Of a stretch of DNA of 64,000 nt, positions 36,634-49,450 are shown piece by piece. The notes under the pieces were generated by a model. The model saw nothing but the letters and a program-made list of their open reading frames with translations, did no database searches and was not told the origin of the DNA. The first letter of the stretch is position 1. Each line of letters opens with the position of its first letter. Location of the stretch: NCBI GenBank assembly GCA_036172245.1, contig JAYWIR010000018.1, positions 434,001 to 498,000 on the forward strand, written 5' to 3'. This DNA is from Raillietiella orientalis. Taxonomy: Eukaryota. A program made the position numbers and the translations under genes.

Positions 36634-37508
36634 AAGGAAGGGAGGAGGGTCACCGGTAGGTCTCATCCGCCGCTCCCCTGGCAGCCTGTCTGCGTGAGAT
36701 GCAGACGGCATCCTTCTCCCCCTTGACTGCATTATCGTGCACAAGGTCATCTGCACCTCATTCCTGGTGGCCGCGGGCAGAGGCGCGCGCGGTCTTCCTG
36801 ACGCCATGCGGGATCGGGCGATCGGGGAAGCCGGCCCCGCACGAAAGAGCGCCGCGGCAGCAGCTCTTCCGGGCGCGCCTTCATGCCGAAGGGGGGAGCA
36901 GCCGGGAGGTGTTTTCACCGCATTTCGGCGCGGGGCGCCGCGCCGCGCCGATGCCGCCTCCGCGGTCCGCCAGTTGCGTCGCTCCTGCGACGACGAGGTC
37001 ACCCCCGCGCCCCGCCGAAACCAGCGACCGCCGTTTCTCTCCGGCGGGCAGGACGGCTCTGCAGCTGGGGGCCGGCGCTTCTTCCCGTCCCCTTTCTGCT
37101 CTTCCTCCAGGGGGACTGCGCCTACGTCGGGGATGGGTCGCGCCCTCGCCCACCGCTCCCTGCCGCCGAGCGTCGCTGCGGACCGCGTGGCGGCAAGGGG
37201 GGCGCCGACCGCTGTCCCTCCTCAGGGCAGCAGCGGTCTGCCTCGCCTAGGGACGCGAGCGCATTCGGATGGCCTGCCGGTTGTGAGGCGACACGCATCA
37301 GCGACGCCGTGCCCTCGCAGTACCATTTGCCTCGGGGCTGAAGGGAACGGGCGCCGATAGCCGCGTCCTGGACTGGAGCAATAGCAGAAGCCGCTCGCCA
37401 CCTCCCTTCAGCGCCAGGGTGCCGGATCTTGGATGCCTCCGTGGCGCCATCGGATCTTCGAGGAGGACCTCCGTGCGTCTGGGGGATTCCCGGCCAGCGT
37501 CTCGCAGG
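36634..37508. repeat. Right arm of the 875-bp near-perfect inverted repeat
   Basis: See left arm; the spacer 35335-36633 is 1299 bp. Confidence 0.97.
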
Positions 37509-37509
37509 T

Positions 37510-39200
37510 GCCTCCCTGCCGCGCGAGGGCATCGTCGTCCTGGAATTGCCTTGCTTCCTCCGGGGCTCTGCCCCGGCCTTAGACTAGCCGGTCAAACTGC
37601 TCTTGGCGCGCAGATCCGCGAGGGTGGCAGCACCACGGGGTGCCTCAACGGAGCGGTCTCGAGGCGCAGAAGAGAACGTGACGACCCAGCGTTTCCTCGG
37701 GGACAGAGGGGGGGGAGGACGCTCGGCGGTTCGACGGGTGGAGGTTGCCGGATTTCGCTCGGGATGCAGAGTCCAGGGTCGCCGACGGGTTTCCCTCCCC
37801 CGATTTCCCTCCTATCCAAAAATATTTTCTGTTTCTCTTAGCGGTGTCCCCGCGCCTCCCCCTTGCCACCAACAGGGTTCTCGGGGACATGCGTCCTGGG
37901 TTCTCGTCAGCGGACCCGACGCGATTCGGATTTTCCTGGGGAAGTGGGGATCCGTGGACGCCGTTCGGTCTGTTTTGCTTCGTTCCCTCCACCTCTTCTT
38001 GCTGATCTCTAAAAGTCGTCGAAACCGCGCGTTGCGCCGGGGCGGCAGCGCGGGCCGAAGGCCGCAGCGTCGCGCGCGCGCGCTGCCCGGAGATGGCGCT
38101 GCAGCTCGGCGCACTCGACCGCTGTGCTTGCCGAGTGCTGTCCAATCAGGAGCCGTGCCATTGTTGAGGCGAGTTGGGTTCGCCTGTGCGCGTCACACCG
38201 GGGAGAGGAGGGGAGGATCTCCCGAGCGGGCCGAGCTCCGTAGCTGATGAGACTTTCTGCCGAGGTGTGGTAGCGGATAGTGGAAAACTTCCAGAGTCCC
38301 AATTCCCGCGGGCGTGTCCCTCCCCTTCCTCTCCTCTCCTCAGCTGCTTCTGACGAACGGGGAACGCGAACGCCCGCTTCAGCGTCCTTTCGTCCCGACC
38401 ATACGAGTCAGCAGCGAGCACGGCCGTGCCTGCTGCGATCCGTGCTCTGCGGCGCACGCGCTGGCTCGGCCCCTGAGAGCTTTCACCCACTAGCTCGTGT
38501 GGCGCTCCGGGAAGCGGGCAAGTGGACTCCTGGAGGGAAGCCCGCTAGCGGCAGGAGGGGCGGCTACGTCTGGAGCGCGAGACGCGCAAAAGTCGACGAC
38601 TCCGAGCTGTCATGGCGCATCCACCTCGGGTGGAGAGGTAGCGGGTGGGGACCGGAGGGAGGGGGGGGTCCCAGTCGGAAACCGAGGCAACGGAGGACCC
38701 GAATCCCCAGCCACGTCGAACGCCGCCGTTTGCGTTCCCACCTCGCGCCACCTCGTCCTGGTCCGTCGGCCCAATCAGAACCCGCCGCTCCTGCGTAACA
38801 GCCCGGGCGTGCATCCTGTGGTTTTTTTGCCCGTTTCACGGGCCGAGGCTCTATCCAGTTAAGCCGATGGCTTCCTCCGAAGGATTCCCCCCAGAAACTG
38901 AATCGGAGGCGGCCGCCTGTGCCGGGAAAGGGAACGGTGGGGCCGTCCAAGTGGAAAATCCGCGCCGGATGAATTCCCGTCGGAAGGCAGGGACCGGCAT
39001 CGGGGAAATCGCAACGGAAGGCGGGGAGAAAGAACGGGAAGAGATGAAGGAGTCCTCTGTTTCGCACCACGGTGCTTCCCGCCGCGCTTTCTGCTCCAGC
39101 GGCCTGCAGCGTTTCCAGGTTCCCTTTGAAAATTCCGAGGCAGAGGAATCAGCTGCGAGTATTAGCGGAAAATGAGCACTCGGATCGGAAGGGTTGCGGG
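37510..39200 (+). mobile_element. L1/Tx1-like ORF1 (gag-like) remnant
   Basis: DAIRIFLGKWGSVDAV (L..YG.V), QEPCHC*GELG (zinc-knuckle-like), then a low-complexity tail. Confidence 0.4.
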
Positions 39201-39899
39201 AGGGCCATTTGCACGGACGGGATCGGCGGAATGCGCCGCTCCAGCTGGCGCTTCCAGACCCCATCCCGGACATGCGAGGCCCTCCGTCTCACCTCGGACA
39301 ACCCCTCCGCAGTGAATGAGGAAGAGGTGGTTCTCTTCGGAAACAACCATCAGCGGAGACCCCGGAGCTCAAGAACAGCAGCGCCCTCCCCCTGAAGCAG
39401 AAGGAGTCGGCCCTCTTGCCGCTGCGCTGGAGTCTTCCCGGCAACGCGCGCCGACACCACTGGATGCTGGGATTGTCGCAGGTGCGGGAAATGGGAATTC
39501 CCCCTCTCGCACCTGCTCGTAGACTGTGTTGCCCTCCGGACCCTATGGGAAACGTTTCGGAACGTCCCTCCGGATCCCAGTTGGCACCCCCAGGGAAGTT
39601 TTACCCCGTCTCTTTGTGCGGGATGCTCTGCAGCCCTACAGCGCTTTGCTTCATTCGCGGGATTGAGGAGGCCTGGAGCGAAGCCGACAGAGGGAGAGAC
39701 GGGAGGAGAGCCGTCCAGTCCTCAGTTCGCTTCCCGCGGATGGCGGCCAGGTGGCCTCACCTGGGACCTATTCGAACGGACCTAGTCGGCATCCTGCAGA
39801 GGATGCATACTCCCTCCAGTGGACAGTGGTCCCTTCCCGACCCTCTCAAAGATTTCATTTATCTTTATTTACCGCCTATTTTTATTTTCTTTTTGTTTT

Positions 39900-40900
39900 C
39901 CCCCTCCGCTGTCGAGGAGGGAGCCCCGCCGGTGACCCGGCAGGTCCACGGACGAGAGAAGTGTGGTAGTACCATCACGTGTGCTACCACCACAATTTGT
40001 GAGTTTCCTTTAAATTCTAAGAAACGCCCCGGTGTGACCGGGTGGAAATCGAAACAGCTCGCCACGCACCACCTGCCGCTCCTGACGCGCGCATGCGCTT
40101 CGAACGATCCGACTCGAAGGGGGAACGCGAGCGCAGAGGCATGCGTACACTCGGGGGAGGGAGGGGGATGACAGATGTCCACGTTCGGGGTTCTCTTCAG
40201 AGGAGGAAACGAAGAGCGATTCCTTCTGGGAGTCCCTCCCGTGAGAATATGGGAGAGGAAATTCCCTTCAGGGTTCCTCTCCCAAGCGCAAGAGGAACGG
40301 ACTCTCCTGTCCAGAGCTCTTCTTGGACTCATAGGGTGGTCCCTTCCGGATGCACCCTAGCTAGAAGAGTCATGCGCACCCTCGGAGGTGGCATGGACAG
40401 TGCCAAGGAGCTTCGTGAGCCCTCAGTAAGGAGATGGACGGTTTGTTAGTACTCCTGGCGAACCAAAAAGAAAAAAAGGGGGGGAGGAGAAAAGGGAAAG
40501 GGACGGGATGGGGCATCTCCCTCCAAACCAGAGGAACAGGTCTTCCTTGGAAGAGCTCCTGCAGGGCCGAGAGGAGTTCCGGGAAAGAAGGGAGCAGTGG
40601 AATCGCGTCTGAGAGCCGTTTCCTTGGTGCCCTCTTGAGTGAGAGCGCAGGCAGCGTTGGAGGGTCCGAAGGGGCGGACGCTTGCTCTTGGGGGCAACCA
40701 GGACTCCAAATGGGAAGAGGGGCACCGAGCCCCCTCTTTCCATCTCCCCTCCCCCAAGACGGATGGGCATCCGAGAGAGAGTCGAGCCCGTCCGCCGTTC
40801 CCAGAGCTGACGTTCCTTTCCCGTTCATGGGAGCGAGCGACTATCCGGTGGGACGATCCCATGGCTGGAGGTACCGCGGGTAACCCTGGAGACGATTTAT
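39900..40900 (-). mobile_element. LINE ORF2 C-terminal Cys/His region, two diverged tandem remnants
   Basis: LVWREMP...FSFWF...HCPCH and LSHILTGG...DICHP..PECTHA; related DNA at ~40140 and ~40371. Confidence 0.4.
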
Positions 40901-41199
40901 CCCTTCATCGAAGGGATGGAGTAGGGAGATCCGACCGGAGAGGGCAAGCGCGTTTTAACCCGGTGACCCCAGGACATTGATTTAACAATAAGCAAGCATG
41001 CAGGTCACCGGAAACGGAGTTCACAGGAAACCACAGGAAAAAGAGTCCACAGGGAATGGCCACGGGCATGCAGGCCGGCTTTGAAGGAAGCCCAGAAAAG
41101 GGAGAGGGGTCGATAAATCACGCAAAAAATAAATAAATAAATAAAGAGAAGGGGGGTAGGGACGAGGAGTCCCTGGTGTCGAGCACTCCTTTCTTTCTA

Positions 41200-44100
41200 G
41201 AGCTGACGCTGAGTGCTGGCGATCTCTCCGGTGACCTCTTCTCTGATGTCGCCGGAGAGACACCTCGGCGGCGCAGCCGCCCTCTTCCCCCTTCCATCCC
41301 CGCTCGTCGCGGTCCTCATCGAGGCTGCAGCTGTTACGCGTAAGGCCGCCCCGCGTGGAAAGACGCCGCGGCCAGTCCGTTTCGCCTGCGGCCTCTGCCA
41401 GAGCTTCTCGAGGGCATTGCGGTCAGTCGACCTGGGACGGTTCAGGGAGACGTGAGGCACCCCGGGGACGAGACGAGGACGCAGGCTGCACGCGCCCAGC
41501 AGCAGCAGCAGCACGCCCCGTTTCTACAGCAGCGGAAACACCAGAGTGTTCCAGAGGCGCGAAAATGGGACCGCGCCCGCGCGCGCGAGCTCTGCGGAGC
41601 ATCAAGCAGTGCAGGTAGGAGGCCACGAAGGAAAGGGCTTGTCTTCCTCTAGGTTGTGAGGTGGGAAGGAAGACAGGAGAGGCGGAGCGACGCATCAGCT
41701 GGCAGCGGCAGCAGCACACCGGGTGAAGCCGAAGGATCGTCAGGCAAGCGGAGGACGAGGGGAAGAGGGGGACACATCTGAGGTGCTCGGATCCTGGTGG
41801 AAGTCACGAGGGGCGCTTCGTAGAAGGGCGACCGACCATCCCCGGAAGCTCTTGTCTCCTCGGCAGTACCGAGACGAGGGAGGGAGGGAAGGAAGGGACG
41901 GGGGTACCAAGGCGGTCTCTGCCGAAAGCACGGGCGGCCCGCTGCGTTCGCGGTGGCGCGCCGAGGCGGAACGCAGACGTCGGAGTCCGCAACTGCGGTG
42001 CAGCACGCACTGACGGCTACTCGATTCAGTCGCTGGACCAGTAGGCGGATCCGGGTTCACCCTTCACGGCAGCCCGAAAAGAGGAGTGATTGCACCCTCC
42101 CCCCCCCCTCTTCCCCATGTCACATCCTCTCTCTCAACGGCCATTTGACTCATCGCCCTCTTCGGCTCTTAGGCGTGCCTCTTTTCCGTAGGGTGCCGAT
42201 CGGCCAGGACAACCGTGGGCGATGCGTGGTCTCTTCAAGGCACTCCCAGCAGCGCGATCACCTCTGACGTCGCAACCACGGAATGCGACGAGACCCTTCG
42301 TGACCGTCCAATCGGTGGTGCGCCCTTCGGTATCGAGGGTGGGGCGCCGTGCCGCGCGCCGGAGGAAGAAGGGTGACGTCTCGCGCCGAACCCCCCATTC
42401 CCCATCCCCCCTCCTCCTCCTCCTCCGGTTTCAGTAGGGAGGCTTGGATGCTGCTCTTCCACCGACCCTCTCCTGCGCCGGTGGGGATCGGCCAGCCTCG
42501 AGACACCGGCCGCCTCCGGGCCTTTCTGCTCGGCAAGAGGGCCGGGCACAGGGAAGCAGGGACGCGTCACCCGACTACACCTCCCGGAGTTGCCTCCCGC
42601 AAGGATGCTCCTCCCCTTCCGAGGAGGCGCGTACGACCTCTTTCCGCCACTCCTGACCGCTTGGAGTCTTCTGGCGCCTTTCGAATGCTCTCCACCTTGT
42701 CGGCCGCAGTTGGAGCAGCAGCGGGCGCATCACAGGCAGATGACGCTCTCGAAGGTAAGGTTTTTGGCAACATGGAAAGGAGGTTTCCAGGGAGAAGAGG
42801 ACACGAAGCTCCCTTGAGCGGAAGCAGGTTTGCTTCTCCGACCTTCCCGGAGCGGGAGACCGAACCCGGAAGAGGGCCAGGGAGCGGCGGCGGGAAGTCC
42901 GGGAACCCTGCACGAGACAGGAGGATGAAGAGCGAGCAACAAGGAGAAGAGGGGAAAAAAGGAAGGGAAATGGGGGAAGGGAAAGAGGGAACGCGAGCAC
43001 ATCCATCCATCCCTGGGCTGGCATGGACGCTGCCGCTCTCAAGACACAGACGGAAGGCGACCCTGTAGGTCAAGAAGGCACGCGGGTCAAAACCCGAAAG
43101 TTCCACCCCCTCGGCCTCCCCCATTTCTCGTCGTCATCTGACAACTCGTCAGAGCCTCCCCGGCGACGGCGTCTTCCCTGAGCTTTACGGGCGAGCAGGG
43201 CGGGGGCTACCCATGAGTGATCTCTGTCGGGGTGTCGTCCATGCAAGCATCAGACGGCTGCAGCGAGACCTCGCTCTCGTCCCTGCCGGAGGCGTGCCAC
43301 GTCGTCGTGGGTGACTTCCGAACTCCCCTTGCGGCTATAGCCGCAGAGGAGGAGGGACGCGCAGACCGACGGTGCGAGGGGGGACAGCAGGACTTTTGGG
43401 ACGAAACCTCCAAGAATGGACAGTAGCGATCGGGGGATCCCAGCCACAGGTCCGTCCGCCTTGCCCCAGGGGGAGAGTCCTCTCCCATCTCACTCTTCTC
43501 CGCTCGTTCGGCAGTTCGTGTGCCAGTCGCTCCGCATCTCGGCATCCCATGGCAACACCCACGCGGGATGCCAGGTGAGGTGCTGTCGACCTCGTAGCTT
43601 CCTGGAAACGTTGCGGCGGCGGCAGGAACCCCCGGAGAAAGCACCCGGATCGCTGCCATCGGCTCCTTGGAAACGGACGAGTTTGCCGAGCCTTGGCTCT
43701 GCCGGCTGCTTGTGCTCGCGTCCGTGTCGCGGACCACCGGTGACTCCTGCATGCCCTCGAGGCTCACGGCTAGCTCCGTCGCCCCAGGAGACGTCGCTCC
43801 TTGGGAATGCCGCTCGGACACCACGACGAGGCTCCGCTTCCCTCCTAGAGCGCCTCCGCTGGGCCGGCCCTCCCGGCCTTCCTCTTCCGGGATCTGGATT
43901 TCGCTCGGGAGTAGCGAGAACCGACGGCTCCTTGTCCCGGTCCGCAGTCCGTGGTCCTTAAGGCTTCCAGGAGTTCGAGCCACCCGGAGGATGCCTTGGT
44001 CCACTTCTGCGCGCCTCGCGCCGCGTTGACGCCAGCAGCAGCGCTCATCCCAGCCCGGAGTCGGGACGACGAGCATCGTTGGCTGACTGAGTGTCGCCGC

Positions 44101-45200
44101 CTTCGGACAGGGACAAGGGTGTTCCTGAGCACCGACCCGCCGCATCCCTAGGGACCTTCTGCAGGGAGGGGTCCTCGGACCCGTGAGATCGGCAGCCGAT
44201 CACCCCCCTCCTCCCGGGAGAAGAGGAGGTTCCCTTGGCGCCGGAACAGGCGCACCCATGTGCGAAGGGGAAAGAAAGGTCAAAGGGCAGCTCGGCTGCA
44301 GACCTCGGGGCGGCCTCTTCTCTGCTCCCCGGGTACGAAGGAAGGGGGGGTGCGTGGTGCGACTACGTGGAGGTTCCGCGGCGCGGGCACACCTTCAAGG
44401 TCTCCATAGAGGAAAGCGAAGGGCGCCGACACAACCTTCCCGAAGGGACGTGCAAGACGAGCCGAAGAGAAGCATTGCTGAGGCTGCGGAAAGGCGAATC
44501 GCCAGGAGCTCCGTCGCTCGGACCCCACGCTGCCTGCCGAGGGCGAGGTGCATGACCGGCGCGTCCGCGACTGGGCTGAGACGCCGCCGGCTGGAGGGCG
44601 CATCCAAACGGAGAGAGACGAGACGAAGGCCGGGCGGGAAAGATGGGAGGGGGGAGACTTATCTCCTCAGCCTCTCCGATTCCCGGGCCGCGATGCGCGC
44701 GTCCGCGAGATGCTTGGATGCCCTCCGTGCCGACGGAGCCTGGAAGGTGGGGGAAGGTGCCGGCGGCAGCTGGAGGAGGAGTAGGGGGCACAGAGGAACC
44801 ACTGCTCCCCGGTGTCCCGGGAGGCGCGCTCCTCACCAAGTCCGCAGAAAGAGGGGTCATGCCTCCCCGCCCCCTCTGCTCTTAGGCCGGAAGCCGGCGG
44901 CTGAAGGCTTGGCGAGGTGCCTACGACGGTTTCCGGTTCCGTGGCTGGCGCCGGAGGGGCGGCGCGTTTTCCCGCACAGCTCACAGCCCGGGGCCACCAG
45001 CTGCTTCCACCGTGGCAGGCTGCTCTCTCTGGGGAGGGCCGACGAGGATACGACCGTGCCTAGAAGCCGTCGGTTGCGCGTTCATCCCTTGGGCGGGAGT
45101 CGAAAGAGCAGCCTGGCAACCGTCCTGCGGGCGAAGGAGCAAGGCGGGTGGGCGATGAGCCACCGCACGCTGCCAACCGGGTGACTTGCCGGAATTCGCT
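41200..45200 (-). mobile_element. Long decayed L1/Tx1-like LINE (ORF1, APE, linker, start of RT)
   Basis: ORF1: LARPFGKVVS...LEGVP...TPPSFV, knuckle remnants and an S/P-rich tail (ORF 43207-44145). ORF2: LLDLQ, LALHPP, GEGRWKSSIQASLL, STDRNALEKL. Confidence 0.6.
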
Positions 45201-45279
45201 CGCCCGGAGGTGCGGGGGATTCCTGCGGGGCATCGGGGGATGGGGGAAGGGATGTGGGGGGAAGGGAAGGGATCCAACG

Positions 45280-45950
45280 CTGCCTTCGGAAGTCATACGG
45301 GATTTCGTCGTCGCCGGCGCGCCCTCACATCTGGCTCAGAAAGACAGAGGGGGAGAAGAGGGGGATTGTCAGCTCCAGAAACCGCGGGCCGGGAGCAGCC
45401 GACTCTGGGAACTCGACGCGGACGCACTCTTGTGGAGGAGGGAGGAAACGGGAGGCTGTGCGAATGCAGCCGCCGCCGTCGCGAGGCCTTGGATCGTTGG
45501 CTTCGCTGACGGGATGCGGAACCTCGGGAAGATTCCTCTGAACGGCGACCGCCGGGATCGAGACCAGAAAGGCCAGATCGCCCGGGAAGCTCCGCCGAGC
45601 GCAAGAAAACGCCGGAGCGTTCCCTGCCCGAGCAGCCCTAAGCGAGGGTTTAGCACCCCTGCACGAAGGTCCCGCAGCACCGGTTTTCCTCCGCCGGTCC
45701 CCGAAAAGGCTCCCGGGACATTCCGTTCCGTGGAGGGGTGCGCCTTCGCTCAACTCTCACAGGTTCACCGCAGGGGAGGATGCGAGTCGCGCGCAGCGAG
45801 GGGGTCGCGCAGCCACAGCTTCCTGATATCACGAGACCACCCGCCACCCACGAGAGTGCCGACGGCGCGATTCCCCGGCCCCTTCCCCAAATCGCATGAA
45901 CATCGGCGCCGGTGTCCAGCACGTCGGGCGTGCCGAACGGCGGGTAGTAA
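45280..45950 (+). mobile_element. LINE ORF2 post-endonuclease linker fragment
   Basis: PSHL...PRAGSSRLWELDADALL resembles SDH...G.WK.N..LL. Confidence 0.4.
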
Positions 45951-46268
45951 CGGGTTGGACCACGTCCGTTGCTACCCGACGAAGATTAAAGAGGAAATTG
46001 TTTTCCTATTTTTATTTGTTTCACATCAAAAAACAACGGGAAAAAAAGCAAAGCAAAGCAAAGCAACAAAAAGGCAGCGTAGCGCTTCCATGGCTATGCG
46101 AGAGTGCGACGCCGATAGGCCTACTCGACAGTCTTCTTTGAGGCGCACCCTTACGTGGGAAGATCGTTCATAGGGATACCCGCAGGTCCGTCCGTACACG
46201 TCCGTACAAAATACGGGCACATCCGCGCGATACGAGATCGGAATCGTTGGAAAAAAGAAAAAAAAACA

Positions 46269-46822
46269 TGCTCTTAAATTGGGGGCGTGTACCAACGAAA
46301 TCGCTGCTTGGGGATCTGAGGTTTATGGATCAATAAAAAGATCGGAAGAGTTCGGAATAAAAATGGAGGGAGTTTCGATATGCAGTCAATGGTGAAGCAT
46401 TCAAGAAATGCTGCCATCTAGCGGGTTGAATTTTTCACGGGGTGGGGGTGGGGGTGGGAAGGTGGGAAGACGAAAGGAACATCAAAGCTCATCAAGACCT
46501 TGGTGAAAGACTTGCAGGCAAAATGGCACTATAAAAGTTTTCGGCGATATGGAAGATCAGGAAACGTCTTCCGAGAGTGTTACTTTAACAACAGGAGTTT
46601 GAGCTAACTGGAAAACTGAAGCGGATGGAAGGTTACCATGGAGTGCACAGCATGCCGTGGTGTCAGAAAGATTATCAAAACCTTTGCTGATTGCAGGGTC
46701 TGGCCCGATCGGAATAGAATTCACAAGTTTTCATGGCGCTCTGGGGGTTAATGAAACGCTCACGGAGATGAAAGGCTCCAGTTTGCCGTTGGAAGATGCC
46801 GGGATTCCCAGCCTGGCGGCTC
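46269..46822 (+). pseudogene. lpdA: Bacterial dihydrolipoamide dehydrogenase pseudogene fragment, Wolbachia/Rickettsiales-like (putative nuclear endosymbiont transfer)
   Basis: Collinear frameshifted blocks: LNWGRVPTKSLL / SEVYGSIKRSEEFGIK / SFDMQSMVKHSRN / NIKAHQDLGERLAG / GTIKVFGDMEDQETSSESVTLTTGV*A / EADGRLPWSAQHAVVSERLSKPLLIAGSGPIGIEFTSFHGALGVNETLTEMKGSSLPLED. No introns; stop at 46600-46602. Confidence 0.88.
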
Positions 46823-47699
46823 TCAAAGAGGGGAACGGGAAAGTGCGGCAAGTTGGAAGACTTCATAGTGGTGCAGAAGAGGCACCGGCAGGGGCAGAGG
46901 GCCTGACAAGAGCCGGTTGTAGCGGTTGGCGTCCAGCGAGCGCGGGAGCGGGCTGGGATGGAATGATGTGATCGCTGGTGTCCAGGTCTCCCCCTTTCCC
47001 TTCCTTCCTTCGGGAGTCCTCCTCCGGGAACTAGCCGGGGGCGAGCAGAAAACCAGGGCGTTGGCTAGGAAACGCGCCAATGGTCTCTCCTCCCTCTCTG
47101 ATTTTCCCGTTCGACGATTCCATGTGATGCGACGGAGGATTCTCCCGTCTGGGCATCTCCGTGATTCTCTCGCATCTGCGTGTCATTAAGCAGCAGGGTA
47201 ATTTCGGAAAAATGCGACTCGAACGCGGAAATGACGTTTGAGTAAGGAGGATGGAAGAAGACGAAGGAAAAAATGAAAATGCAAAAACAAAGGGGAGGGG
47301 GGGAGATGAGGAAGAGGAGGAGGATGGAAGGAGGGGGGGGGAGCAGAACGGCGGCTCGAACATCCTTGCGTTTTCCCAGCTTGCTGGCGTCCCACCTCTG
47401 TACCGCGCTTCCTTTTCGTCTTCTGGTCGGTGCAACTACGCAGCACGAGTGCAGAGGAAGAGGAATCGAAGGGATCGTGCAGTGGTGCATATGAGGAGGA
47501 GGACAAAGGAAGAGGAAGAACAAGTTTCCTCCCCCCTTCTCCTCTTCCCTCTTATCCCGCCGCCGTCCGCAGCCACCGCTCCTCCCCGCTGTTTAACATG
47601 CAAATCAAACGATTAAGAAAAAACCGCAAGCAGAGGAAGCAGGAAGGACTCCGGGGCAGAAGCGGACGCGGGACGCGCGCCGCGATGCGCTGCTGGATC

Positions 47700-49450
47700 G
47701 ATGCCGCTGCCGCGCCCGCTATCGACTAAGCGAAAGGGAGTGGAGAGCTCAGGCGGGGACACGCCCGCGCGCGCCAAGGAAGGGTGTGCTCATGTCGCCA
47801 CCCCCCCCCCTTCCCCCTGATCATCCCTTGCCGGAGGAAGAGGCTGGGCGCAGGCGGCGAAAAGGTTACGGTCGGCGCAGCACCGTGCCAGAACCGGAGC
47901 TCAGGCGCTCGAGCACTCTTGGCGCGTGCCCTGAGGAGTACACCTCCCCCTCCACCCCGAGGGTTCAGCCTGCAAGGACCCCCGCCCACGGGACGCTTTG
48001 ACGCTGTGAGAGATCGCTCGGGCGCTTCGCCAAATGACATCCCAGTCTGACTGCACCTTTCTCTTGTCCTCCTTCTCCTCCGGATATCTCCTTACTGGCC
48101 CACACTCATAGGCACCTGGCCGGCCGGTGCCTCGAGCTGCTTTCGTGGGCACTGCCGAATAGCCGGAGGGAGGGGAAGAGAAGGCGGGAGACCAGCCTCC
48201 GACAGTCGCTCGCCCCCCTCTTCCCGTTCCCGGCAGAAGTCACGCTGGAACTCGAAAACTCCTGCAGCTCCCGCGGTAAAGATGTCCCAAGGGCGCTGGC
48301 ACTGCGAAGGAATCTATCCCGTCCGAGGTCGGCGCCGCAGACTGCTGGAGCCGCCTCCTCCTTCCCCCTTCCCATCCTATGGGGCAAAGGCCACCGTCCT
48401 CCGCGGAATCAGCACAGGGACAGAGTTCCACGGAATATCGGCATCGACGCCAGCAACGGTTTCCCTTGACGGAGGAATGGCGGGTCCTTCCTTGCTCCGC
48501 CCGCTCCCCCGAAGGAAACCGACGTCTTCTCATCATAAAGACGGGATCTTCCTCGACGCCGCTGGAGCAGAGAGTCGCTCGCCGTGCAGCGCTCGGAAAC
48601 GATCTTTCAGGTCATCCTTGGAGATGGAACAGAGGGAGGGAGATGAAGACGGGTGGAATGAACGGCCTCCTATCCTCTGTCTCTCATTCCAGAGAGCCCC
48701 GGATATTCCGAGGCAGAAGGGTGAGGAAGAGTTCCTCGTCCAATGTCCGCGGCAGCGATGGAGACGTCACTCCCCCCTCTTCCATCCTCCCCACCTCCCC
48801 TTTTTTCTCGGGTGGAAAAGGCCGGAGCTTCTGGTCTTCTCTCTCCCAGGGGCGACCGAAGGGAGCAAAGGGCGCGCCAAGCTTCCAGCGCGCCGCAGAG
48901 GAAGGACGGAGCCAGCCTCTGCCTTTCCCGGAAACCGCGATGGGGATCGTCGGGCGAAGCAGGGCTGCCAAAGGAAGGGAAGAGCCCCTCGGAAGTACGT
49001 CAGTGGCTCAACCGAAGGAAAAGTTCGCCTGCTCCCTCCCCTCCCCTTCTTCCCCCGAGAAAAACACACAAAAAAGCGGCAGTTCCTCCCCGGTGCCTAC
49101 TTCCCGGAGTAGCTAAACACACCGCGGACGCATCTCGCATTGCTTTCCATCGAGAGAACGGACAGAAAGCTTGCTCCCTCAGGATCGCGAACCCATGCCC
49201 CGCAGGGTCGAGGGGCGGGCGGCGACGGGAGAAGAGGCAACGGAGAGGGGGGAGGGTTAGATGGAGGTCACGTCCCCCCTCCGCGCCTGCGGAGGCGGAA
49301 CTCGTTTCTGCACCCAGCACGAGACGCCGTATGACGCGGAACGGGTCGAGAGCGCACGGCGCCGCGAGCCCACACCCCCCGTCGCTGGCATTACCAGGGA
49401 GAGCCGCTCGGATGCTAAAAATAATCTTCCTCGCAGCTACCTCCAGGCTG
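47700..49450 (+). mobile_element. L1/Tx1-like RT fragment, decayed
   Basis: HCEGIYPV...FHGISASTPATVSLDGGMAGPSLLRPLPRRKPTS resembles EKAFD.V / LY....V..NG..S..F...RG.RQG.PLS. Confidence 0.45.

Noticed and set aside
39963..39990. 10-bp hairpin gtggtagtac / gtgctaccac
   Set aside because: Short and imperfect; expected by chance in 64 kb.
47355..47430. LAFSQLAGVPPLYRASF, resembling an SLC26/SulP motif
   Set aside because: Isolated ~20-aa similarity inside purine-rich low-complexity sequence.
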